A stretch of DNA of 32,000 nucleotides, taken from contig NZ_CP013011.1 of NCBI RefSeq assembly GCF_001412615.1, forward strand, positions 810,001 through 842,000, read 5' to 3'. The notes under the pieces are model-generated. The model searched no databases, was not told the DNA's origin, and was given only the letters and a program-made list of their open reading frames with translations. The first letter of the stretch is position 1. Each line of letters begins with the position of its first letter. The stretch is from Pyrodictium delaneyi (GTDB lineage Archaea; Thermoproteota; Thermoprotei_A; Sulfolobales; Pyrodictiaceae). Shown piece by piece: positions 23,692 through 32,000 of this stretch. A program made the position numbers and the translations under genes.

Positions 23692-26600
23692 TTGCAGGCT
23701 GGTAGTAGTGGCGGTGTTCTAGGCGGAGCCGGTGGAGCTGGCTGGGAGCCGGCACGGGGCGTTTACGTGTACTCGTGCCCCAACTGTGGCGGCCCCGTGG
23801 GAGACGATAGGCTCCTCCTCGGGCTCCCGTGTCCTCGTTGTCTCCCGGAGCGTGTGGCTGTTGAGAGCCCGCTGGATGCTGCGGAGGTTCTCGCTAAGAC
23901 TGGGAGGCTGCGCCAGGGGAGCCCTCTAGAGTTCTATGCGCGTGTCGAGAGGGAGGCGCGGGAGGTCGAGGCGCTCTTCGAGAAGGCTACTGGCTCCCGG
24001 CTGTGGAGTGCCCAGCGTACCTGGGTGCGTCGTGTCCTCAAGGGGAAGAGCTTTGCTGCTATAGCGCCGACTGGCGTGGGTAAGACCACGTTCGGCGTCT
24101 TGATGGCTGTCTACCTGGCGCTGCGGGGTGAGAAGAGCTACATAGTGGTTCCTACTACGCCGTTGGTGCGGATGGTTGAGGAGAGGGCGAGGAGGCTAGC
24201 GGATGCTGCGGGGGTGCCGGCCCGGATAATCGCGCTGCATAGCCGGCTCTCTCAGCGGCAGAGGAGGCAGCTGCTACAGCTGGTAGAGGAGGGCGACTTC
24301 GACATACTGATAACGACGAGCCAGTACATGATCCGGAACGCCGAGACGCTGGCTAGTCTACGGGAGAGGTGGGGCCGTGGATTCCGCTTCGTATTCGTAG
24401 ACGACGTCGACGCTGTGCTGAAGAGCGGTAAGAGCGTAGACGCTGTACTACGCGTCGTCGGCTTCGGCAAGGAGGAGGTCGAGCTGGGCTGGCGGCTGCT
24501 GCAGCTACAGCGCCGCCTAGTCTGGGAAGCGCAGCGGGCTCAGCAGGAGTTCAACAGGAGGCTCCAGCGGCTACGCGAGGCCATGAGGAGGCGGGGGCGC
24601 CGGATACGCGCCGAGGACATAAGAGAGCTGCGGAAACGGGTGTTCGAGGAGCGGCTGGAGCCCCTCTACCGTGAGCTACGCGAGGTTGAGCAGAGGCTCG
24701 AGGAAGCCCGCTCCCGGGCCGCCGTGCTCGTCGTGAGCAGTGCTACTGGGAGGCCGAGGGGCAGCAGGGTCCGGCTGTTCCAGGCGCTGCTAGGCTTCCA
24801 GGCCGGCTCGGCGGGGGAGGCGATAAGGAACATCGTCGACTCCTACACGTTCCCCGGCCCCGAGGGCCTAGAGGCCAAGGTGGTGGAGCTCGTAGCGAAG
24901 CTAGGCGACGGCGGCCTAGTCTACGTGCCGGTTGACCGGGGCGCCGAGTACGCTGAGAGGCTCGCGGAGCTGCTACGCGAGCACGGCATCGCGGCTGAGG
25001 CGTTCACCTCCCGGAACCAGGAGGCGCTCGACCGGTTCCGCATGGGGGAGACCCAGGTCCTCGTAGGCGTAGCCGTCTACTACGGCGTCGCGGTCCGCGG
25101 CCTCGACCTGCCCGACCGGATACGCTACGCGGTCTTCGCCGGTGTGCCCCGGCTAAAGTTCAGCGCCCGGTTCGAGGACCCCCACCCCGTCAGCATGCTC
25201 CGCGCTCTCGCGGTTCTCGCCGAGCACGGGCCCAGGGACGTGGCTGAGCGGGCCCAGATGCTGCTAGGTAGGCTACGGGGTATCGTGAGGAGGCTTAGCC
25301 AGGCCGCGCTCGCCCGAGTCGCGGAGGAGCTGAGGGGCGAGCGGCCCCTAGAGAGCGATGCTGCCAAGGCCTTTGCGGAGGCCCTCGAGTGGCTCCGCGA
25401 GACAATGAAGAGGGAGGATGTCTGGCAGGCGCTAGAGGAGGCCGACGACATAGCCGTGGTCCGGGAGGGCGAGCGGGCCTATATACTAGTCCCCGACGTG
25501 GCGACCTACATCCAGGCCTCGGGTAGGACTAGCAGGCTCTTCGCGGGCGGTATAACCCGGGGCCTCAGCGTAGTAGTGGTGGACGACCCCAGGCTCCTCA
25601 ACGGGCTCATGCGGAGAACCCGGTGGCTCGTAGAGGCCGAGTGGAAGCGGTTCGAGGAGCTAGACCTCCCCAGCCTGCTGCGCGAGATAAACAGGGACAG
25701 GGAGAGGGTAAGAGCTGTACTCGAGGGCAGGGTCAAGCCGGAGTTCATGGAGCTGGTGAAGACGGCGCTACTCGTGGTCGAGAGCCCGAACAAGGCCCGC
25801 ACTATAGCCGGGTTCTTCGGGAGGCCTAGCGCCCGGCAGATAGGCCCGCTAAGGGTCTACGAGGTCTCCACTGGCGACTACGTGCTCCTCGTAGCCGCGA
25901 GCGGCGGTCACATCTACGACCTGGTGAAGCCCGCGACGCCCCGGGAGGTGGTGGAGCCGGGCTGGCTCCTCGACCTCCTAAAGGACTCGGTGGAGGGCTA
26001 CGACTGGGAGTCGGCGCGGAACGTCCACGGAGTGCTCGTGGCTGGCGATGGCGGCCGGCGGTTCCTCCCGGTCTACACGCCGCTAGCCCGCTGCCTTGCA
26101 TGTGGCCACCAGTGGGCGGTGAGCCCCGAGGACTACAACCCGGTGACGGGCCGGGGCGAGCTACGCTGCCCAGTCTGCGGCTCGCCGCTGGTCAAGAACA
26201 GTTGGGACATTGTGGAGGCGCTCCGCGACCTAGCCAGCGAAGTCGACGTGGTTATGATAGGCACTGACCCGGATACCGAGGGTGAGAAGATTGGCTGGGA
26301 CCTGGCTAGCCTGATCCGGCCCACTGCCCGGGGGATTGTGAGGGTCGAGTTCCACGAGATAACCCGTCGAGCGATACTCGAGGCTATCCACGGCGCCCGC
26401 CCATTCCTAGAGAGGCTGGTAGAGGCCCAGATAGTCCGGAGGGTTGAGGACCGCTGGATAGGCTTCACGCTGAGCCCGGTGCTCTGGACAAGGTTCTGGC
26501 CATGGTTCTGCCGCTGGAGCCTCACAGCTAGGCACCGTAGTGCCCGCCGCAACCTGAAGACAGCCACAGCTATGCTCAACGCTATGGAGCAGATGGCTAG

Positions 26601-27972
26601 GCTCCGCGAGGAGTGCGACCGGCCCAACTACAACCTGAGCGCTGGCCGCGTCCAGACCCCGGTCCTCGGCTGGATCGTGGAGCACACGCTCGGGAGCAGG
26701 TTCCTCCGAGTACCGCTCTACCGTCTACGGCTACGCGGCGAGAAGGGCGAGCTAGAGCTCGAGCTACGGGGCGACGAGGCTAGCGACCGGATACGGGCTG
26801 CCCTCGAGGAGGCCAAGCGTGCTCTAGAGGAGGCCCTCCAGCGGCACAACGTGCTGGAGAGCCTCGAGGAGCTAGAGGCGGTGCGGCGCCGCAAAGCCAG
26901 GGTGATAAGAGAGGTCAACGAGGCTCTGGAGCGTGGCGGCGCAGTCAGGGCCACTGTGGGCGACGTGGAGGAGTGGGAGGATGAGCTAAAACCGCTGCCA
27001 CCGTTCACGACCGACGCCCTGCTGGCCGAGGCCGCGTCAAGGCTCGGCCTCGCAGCCCCGGAGGCCATGAGGCTGGCCCAGGACCTGTTCGAGCTGGGTC
27101 TCATAACCTACCACCGTACCGACAGCACCCGGGTCAGCGACGCGGGCATAGCAGTGGCCTGGGAGTACCTCCGCTACCGCTACGGCGAGGACAGGCTGGA
27201 GGAGGTGTTCCAGCCCCGGCGCTGGGGCGAGGGCGGAGCCCACGAGGCGATAAGGCCCACTAGGCCAATTGACGCTGAGACGCTCCGCCGCCTAGTAGAG
27301 GAGGGCGCGCTGCAGCTAGCCCGCCCGCTGACCCAGCGCCACTACCGGCTCTACGACCTCATCTTCCGCAGGTTCATAGCGAGCCAGATGCGGCCGGCCA
27401 GGGTGAGGAAGCAGCGCGCGAAGGTGGTCTTGGAGATCCGTCTCCCCGGTGAGCAGCCCAAGAGGATCGAGCGCGTCGTGGAGAGGACAGTGGAGGTGTT
27501 GGAGCGGGGCTGGCTCGAGGTATACCCGGTAGCGAGGCCGCAGCCCAGAGTGGCGCCGGGCGAATACCGGCTAGAGGAGCTACGTGTCCGGGTATGGAGC
27601 CCGGTGCAGCTGCTGACACAGGCGGAGGTCGTCCGGATGATGAAGGAGCGTGGCATAGGCAGGCCGAGCACCTACGCCAAGATAATAGACACACTCCTGC
27701 GCCGCGGCTACGTCGTTACTGCTGGTCGGGCAGGCTCAATGATAGCCACGAGCAGGGGTATAGGCGTCTACGACTTCCTAATGAAGCGGTTTGGCGGCCT
27801 AGTCTCGGAGGAGGTGACTCGGAGGCTACAGGAGACCATGGACCGTATAGAGGAGGGCCTCGTAGACTACCAGCGTGTGCTGGAGGAGGTGCTGGAGAAG
27901 CTCCGGGAAGCACTCTACAGCCCCGAGAGCGGCCTACCCGAGGAGGAGGCCCGCCGCCTACTACCGGTCTAA
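23692..27972 (+). CDS. rgy: reverse gyrase (helicase-topoisomerase IA fusion)
   Basis: In order: an N-terminal zinc finger (CPNCGG...CPRC); helicase motifs APTGVGKT, DDVD, SSAT and QASGRTSR; then a Toprim/topo IA module (VVESPNKA, GTDPDTEGEKI, SAGRVQTP). The catalytic Tyr sits in ITYHRTDSTR, and there is a second zinc finger (CLACGH...CPVCGS). The start is TTG 23692; the only other in-frame candidate is GTG 23767. Confidence 0.95.
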   Translation: MQAGSSGGVLGGAGGAGWEPARGVYVYSCPNCGGPVGDDRLLLGLPCPRCLPERVAVESPLDAAEVLAKTGRLRQGSPLEFYARVEREAREVEALFEKATGSRLWSAQRTWVRRVLKGKSFAAIAPTGVGKTTFGVLMAVYLALRGEKSYIVVPTTPLVRMVEERARRLADAAGVPARIIALHSRLSQRQRRQLLQLVEEGDFDILITTSQYMIRNAETLASLRERWGRGFRFVFVDDVDAVLKSGKSVDAVLRVVGFGKEEVELGWRLLQLQRRLVWEAQRAQQEFNRRLQRLREAMRRRGRRIRAEDIRELRKRVFEERLEPLYRELREVEQRLEEARSRAAVLVVSSATGRPRGSRVRLFQALLGFQAGSAGEAIRNIVDSYTFPGPEGLEAKVVELVAKLGDGGLVYVPVDRGAEYAERLAELLREHGIAAEAFTSRNQEALDRFRMGETQVLVGVAVYYGVAVRGLDLPDRIRYAVFAGVPRLKFSARFEDPHPVSMLRALAVLAEHGPRDVAERAQMLLGRLRGIVRRLSQAALARVAEELRGERPLESDAAKAFAEALEWLRETMKREDVWQALEEADDIAVVREGERAYILVPDVATYIQASGRTSRLFAGGITRGLSVVVVDDPRLLNGLMRRTRWLVEAEWKRFEELDLPSLLREINRDRERVRAVLEGRVKPEFMELVKTALLVVESPNKARTIAGFFGRPSARQIGPLRVYEVSTGDYVLLVAASGGHIYDLVKPATPREVVEPGWLLDLLKDSVEGYDWESARNVHGVLVAGDGGRRFLPVYTPLARCLACGHQWAVSPEDYNPVTGRGELRCPVCGSPLVKNSWDIVEALRDLASEVDVVMIGTDPDTEGEKIGWDLASLIRPTARGIVRVEFHEITRRAILEAIHGARPFLERLVEAQIVRRVEDRWIGFTLSPVLWTRFWPWFCRWSLTARHRSARRNLKTATAMLNAMEQMARLREECDRPNYNLSAGRVQTPVLGWIVEHTLGSRFLRVPLYRLRLRGEKGELELELRGDEASDRIRAALEEAKRALEEALQRHNVLESLEELEAVRRRKARVIREVNEALERGGAVRATVGDVEEWEDELKPLPPFTTDALLAEAASRLGLAAPEAMRLAQDLFELGLITYHRTDSTRVSDAGIAVAWEYLRYRYGEDRLEEVFQPRRWGEGGAHEAIRPTRPIDAETLRRLVEEGALQLARPLTQRHYRLYDLIFRRFIASQMRPARVRKQRAKVVLEIRLPGEQPKRIERVVERTVEVLERGWLEVYPVARPQPRVAPGEYRLEELRVRVWSPVQLLTQAEVVRMMKERGIGRPSTYAKIIDTLLRRGYVVTAGRAGSMIATSRGIGVYDFLMKRFGGLVSEEVTRRLQETMDRIEEGLVDYQRVLEEVLEKLREALYSPESGLPEEEARRLLPV

Positions 27973-28017
27973 GGCTACGGTACTCCCGGGGCTCCCAGAG
28001 CAGGTAGGGGCTAGCGC

Positions 28018-28587
28018 TTAACGGCAGGCTAGTATCCGGTAAGTTGGTAGCCGGCGGGTTTTACGGACAACTATCACTCGTAGCCCTCTTTCCTCCAGCT
28101 TCTCTACGAGTGTACTTGCATCTATGAACCGGGCGGGGAAGCCCACGAGCCGCTCTAGTAGGGCTACAAGCCTCCCGGGCAGACTGTCGGGGTCTATGTC
28201 GTCGACTAGTATGCACTCTGAGACACGAGCCGCTTCTTCTAGAGCCTTGTCGGGGTCGTTGAGATGGTGTAGCGAGTCGTGGAAGACCGAGAGGTCGACA
28301 GAGTAGCTGCGCAGCGGCAGACTCTCCGCCACCCCCATTACTCGTTCAAGTGCTATCCCGGGCTCAGCATACGTGAGGAGCACTGGGTCGGGGTCTAGTG
28401 CCACATATACTTGCGGCATGTAGCCCTTATCCATTAGTGCACTGGCTAGGAGGGCATTAGCAGAGCCTATGTCGAGGAGTACGCGCGGCTCCATAGACGT
28501 GACTAGCTCTGCAGCACGGGTATGTATCTTCGGCCTTACCCGTGTGTACATAATTCTTAGCAGCTGCTGGCCTATACTCTCAATCAT
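28018..28587 (-). CDS. class I SAM-dependent methyltransferase-like protein (degenerate motif I)
   Basis: The 189-aa ORF has a methyltransferase-like layout: VLLDIGSANALL (motif I position), VALD (post-I acidic residue) and VDLSVFHDSLHHLNDPDKALEEAARV. The glycine-rich motif I is not canonical. Confidence 0.55.
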   Translation of the reverse strand: MIESIGQQLLRIMYTRVRPKIHTRAAELVTSMEPRVLLDIGSANALLASALMDKGYMPQVYVALDPDPVLLTYAEPGIALERVMGVAESLPLRSYSVDLSVFHDSLHHLNDPDKALEEAARVSECILVDDIDPDSLPGRLVALLERLVGFPARFIDASTLVEKLEERGLRVIVVRKTRRLPTYRILACR

Positions 28588-28786
28588 GCTTAGCTACACT
28601 CTCTTAGCCCCTACACCAGTGATACACTTATACTCGTGTTAATAACGGTAGTGCTGGGCTCCTAGCGGGGGAAGATGTATAGCCAGTCACCTCCGTGATA
28701 TAAACGTGGACTAGCTTGGACTCTAGTCACGTGGTCACTACTCGTGCCCAGTACATGCCGGTGCTGGTTGAGATGGAGGGGCTGAA

Positions 28787-29902
28787 ATGCATAGGCTCTA
28801 CGAGGAGGCATGCAGCAGGCTGCAAAAGCTGTGCCCCCGGCCGACTCCGCTACACTTACGTGAACAAGGTGTACTCCTGGCAAACCTGCGGGAAATCGAC
28901 GAGCAGCTTGCGGCTAGCCTGGCAAGCGTAGATCAGGACACTATAGCGTCCGCCCTTACAGGGCTAGAGGAATTCTTCGCCTCACGCGTCTCTGATCGTT
29001 GCCATGTCTGTGGCCGCAAGACAGAGGGTATGGCTGAGCTCTGGAGCTACATGATAGAGGGCTCCCAGGGTCTCGCTGTCTTCGAGGATCTAGTCCCCCT
29101 CTGTGATAGGTGTCTAGAAGCTCTACGGCCTGAAGCACTTAGCCCGCGTCGCCTAGGGAAGACTGCTAAGTGGCTTGCGAAAGTCAACGGTACGGACAAG
29201 GGCGAGGTAGAGGAGCTACTCGACAGGGTTCTAGAGGAGTGGAGGGCTGCATCCCGGGTATCTGAGTGGAGTGTAGACCTCTCAAGACTAGGAGAGCTAG
29301 GTGTAGACCACGAGCCTCTCGAGCGTCTTCTCGGAGGCGCCGCGGCTGGCCGCTATAGCCTCGCGGAAGGGACTGTCTCTGCTATCAACTATGCGCTAGA
29401 CACTATCAGGGTCATGGTCCTCGATGATGTGGATGCGCTCTGCTCACGGCGCGTAGATGCTTCAATTCTCGCGGCTCGGGCTCAGCGCCGGGGCCTCAGC
29501 CCGGACTGGACTGCGCTACACACGCACATAGACCTGCTCCTCGACTGGGGTCTCTGTATCCGCGGCCCCGAGGAGGCTGCCTGGGCGCTGGAGGCAGCAT
29601 GGGTGGTCCATCTCCCTCGCGGGCAGCGGGCCCAGCTAGTACCTAGGCTCATCGAGGCACTGGGTAGAGGCGAGACGTGGGCGATCCGGGTAGAGACCCC
29701 TAGGCAGCCCAGCGACCCCGCCCCGGTCGCCGTGTATACGCCGAGCTTCGTGGACGTGGACCTCGCCGCGCGGGGCGCAGAGGAGCTAGCAGCGATACTC
29801 CATAGCATGGGGGCGGCGCCCCGGCAGCTCCGGCTCTACCCCCGGGACCCGGTATCGGGGAGGCTAGCCCGCTACCACCTCTACTCGGTGGCCATCCTCT
29901 AG
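28787..29902 (+). CDS. hypothetical protein with CxxC...CxxC zinc-ribbon-like motif
   Basis: The 371-aa ORF starts at an ATG preceded by GGAGGGG about 8 nt upstream. Cysteine pairs CHVC (C72/C75) and CDRC (C106/C109) are present. Composition is protein-like, and I recognise no family. Confidence 0.55.
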   Translation: MHRLYEEACSRLQKLCPRPTPLHLREQGVLLANLREIDEQLAASLASVDQDTIASALTGLEEFFASRVSDRCHVCGRKTEGMAELWSYMIEGSQGLAVFEDLVPLCDRCLEALRPEALSPRRLGKTAKWLAKVNGTDKGEVEELLDRVLEEWRAASRVSEWSVDLSRLGELGVDHEPLERLLGGAAAGRYSLAEGTVSAINYALDTIRVMVLDDVDALCSRRVDASILAARAQRRGLSPDWTALHTHIDLLLDWGLCIRGPEEAAWALEAAWVVHLPRGQRAQLVPRLIEALGRGETWAIRVETPRQPSDPAPVAVYTPSFVDVDLAARGAEELAAILHSMGAAPRQLRLYPRDPVSGRLARYHLYSVAIL

Positions 29903-29921
29903 GCCCCAGGGGCGCGGAGAG

Positions 29922-29927
29922 TTTAAG
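29922..29927 (+). promoter_or_regulatory. TATA-like TTTAAG element upstream of ileS
   Basis: It is centred about 26 nt upstream of the ATG cluster at 29945/29951/29957. That spacing suits a leaderless or short-leader archaeal transcript. Confidence 0.35.
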
Positions 29928-29956
29928 GGGCCCCGGGGGACGCGATGAACATGGTG

Positions 29957-32000
29957 ATGTCCATTATCCGGGAGGCCCGTCCTGAAAGGAGGCTATAACC
30001 CACTCAAGGTCGAGGAATGGGTTCTCCGCTTCTGGGAGGAGAATAAGATATACGAGAAAGTCAAGCGGATGACCTGGGACGAGCGCAAAGACGCCCCGAT
30101 ATTCGCGTTCCTCGAGGGCCCGCCCACCGCTAACGGCTTCATGCACGTTGGTCACGCCCGGGGCAGGACGCTGAAGGACGTGAAGCTCCGCTATGCCCGG
30201 ATGCGGGGCTACAGGGTCTGGGACCAGGCCGGCTGGGACACCCAGGGGCTCCCCGTAGAGCTCGAGGTAGAGAAGCGGCTGGGGCTTCGGAGCAAGAAGG
30301 AGATAGAGGAGTACGGCGTCGAGCGCTTCATAGAGGAGTGTAAGAAGCTCGTAGACTACTACCTCGGGCACTGGGAGCGGGCGAGCAAGCGGCTAGGCCT
30401 CTGGCTAGACTACCAGCACGCCTACCAGACAAGGGATCCCCGCTACATAGAGGCCATATGGGAGTTCGTCAAGCGGGCGCACGAGAAGGGCCTACTCTAC
30501 GAGGGCCGCCGCGTAGTGCCAAGATGCCCCCGCTGCGGCACGGCACTGAGCAGCCATGAGCTAGCCCAGGGCTACGAGGAGGTAGACGACCCCAGCGTCT
30601 ACTTCAAGCTGCCCCTCGAGGGGCTCGAGAACACCTACCTAGTCGCCTGGACCACCACCCCCTGGACCATAATAGCCAACGAGGCTGCTGTGGTCCACCC
30701 TGAGGAGTGGTACGTCTTCATAGCAGTCGGCGACGAGGTCTGGATACTCGCCGAGAAGCGGCTAGAAGCATTTGCCAAGGAGGTCGGGCTAGAGAACTAC
30801 ACCGTGATAAACAGGGTGACAGGCTCCAGCCTCGTAGGCATGAGGTACCGGCACCCGCTCCTCGAGGAAGTGCCCTACCACCAGCGCCACGAGCCCCCGT
30901 ACCACACTGTGCTAGCGGCAGACTGGGTGACCATGGAGGATGGTACCGGGGTAGTACACGCCGCGCCCGCCCACGGCCCCGAGGACTTCGAGCTAGGCCA
31001 GAAGCACGGCCTGGAGGCGTACACGCCGCTCCGGGAGGACGGTGTATTCGGCGAGGAGGCTGGCGCGTTCAAGGGGCTCTGGTTCGAGGACGCTAGCAGG
31101 AAGGTAGTCGAGGTGCTTAAGGAGAAGGGGCTGCTTGTCCACGCTGGCGTGGTGAGGCACGAGTACCCGTTCTGCTGGCGCTGCGGCACCAGGCTCTTCT
31201 ACTACGCGTCGAGGCAGTGGTTCATAAGGCTCACCGACGAGCTGAAGCGGAAGATGGCCGAGGAAGTATACTCGATGAGGTGGGCCCCGGGCTGGGCAGT
31301 GAAGAGGATGGGCGACTGGGTGGAGAACGCCCGTGACTGGTGTATAAGCCGCGAGCGCTACTGGGGCACCCCGCTCCCCGTCTGGCGGTGCACCGGCTGC
31401 GGCCACATAGTGGTCGTGGGCAGCCTAGAGGAGCTACGCAAGCTGGCCGTGGACCCGGAGAGTGTGCCGGAGGACCCACACCGGCCTCACATAGACCGGG
31501 TGGAGCTGCGCTGCCCAGAGTGCGGCGGCGTGATGAAGCGTGAGCCGTTCGTGGTAGACGTGTGGATGGACAGCGGCGTAGCGCACACTGCTGCGCTCCG
31601 GCAGTACGGGTGGCTCAGCCTGTGGGACAAGCTATACCCCTACACCTGGATAACCGAGGCCGCCGACCAGACCCGTGGCTGGTTCTACACGCTACTCGTG
31701 ACGGGCGTAGTCTGGCACGGCCGGGCGCCCTACCGTAGCGTGCTGCTCCAGGGCCACGTGCTCGACAAGCACGGCAAGAAGATGAGCAAGAGTAAGGGCA
31801 ACGTGATATGGGCCATGGACTGGATGGAGAAGAACGGCACGGACCCGATGAGGATATTCCTGCTAAGCCGCGCGCCGTGGGACAGCATAAACTTCGACCC
31901 AGACGAGGTGAAGCGGTACCAGGGCTACCTCAACATACTCTGGAACACAGTCAAGTTCGCCGACACCTACATGGAGCTAGACCAGTGGAAGCCGAAGCCG
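29957..32000 (+). CDS. ileS: isoleucyl-tRNA synthetase (partial, continues past the window end)
   Basis: It is absent from the ORF track because there is no stop in the window. The frame with codon starts divisible by 3 is open from 29958 to 32000. It encodes YNPLKVEEWVLRFWEENKIYEK, GPPTANGFMHVGHARGRTLKD (HIGH), DWCISRERYWGTPLPVWRC..CG and KMSKSKGN. The 5' end is unresolved (see the finding on 29922-30071). Confidence 0.9.

Overview
The window looks like a chromosomal segment from a hyperthermophilic crenarchaeon. The evidence is a full-length reverse gyrase, an archaeal-type pantoate kinase, TATA-like boxes about 26 nt upstream of likely starts, frequent GTG/TTG starts and heavy AGG/ATA/CTA codon use. 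I cannot name the organism; a Desulfurococcales-like lineage is only a guess. In order: (1) a coenzyme A precursor cluster on the minus strand (pantoate kinase, tandem hot-dog acyl-CoA thioesterase, panE, panB), with two small low-GC ORFs between it and the divergent coaBC. (2) A CDF metal transporter. (3) A block of about 9 kb with visibly lower GC (about 7.3-16.6 kb). It holds a polytopic membrane protein, a Thr-rich C-terminally anchored surface protein, a nitrilase-superfamily homologue lacking two catalytic residues, and a five-gene branched-chain-amino-acid-type ABC transporter. (4) An ornithine cyclodeaminase/mu-crystallin family gene and a HerA/DUF87-type ATPase carrying a C-terminal SWIM zinc finger. 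(5) A HemN/HemW-like radical SAM gene, a DUF364-like gene and an MscS channel. (6) About 0.5 kb of noncoding DNA, then a 1426-aa reverse gyrase. (7) A degenerate SAM-methyltransferase-like gene and a 371-aa zinc-ribbon orphan. (8) Isoleucyl-tRNA synthetase, which runs off the 3' end and is therefore missing from the ORF track. I found no rRNA, tRNA, CRISPR array, transposase or integrase. Most other six-frame ORFs are Arg/Pro/Gly/Ser-rich shadows of GC-rich genes. The most notable items are the HerA-SWIM fusion, the apparently inactive CN-hydrolase, the frame discontinuity at the ileS 5' end, the structured noncoding region upstream of rgy, and the low-GC block. All family calls come from motif recognition by eye; no searches were run.
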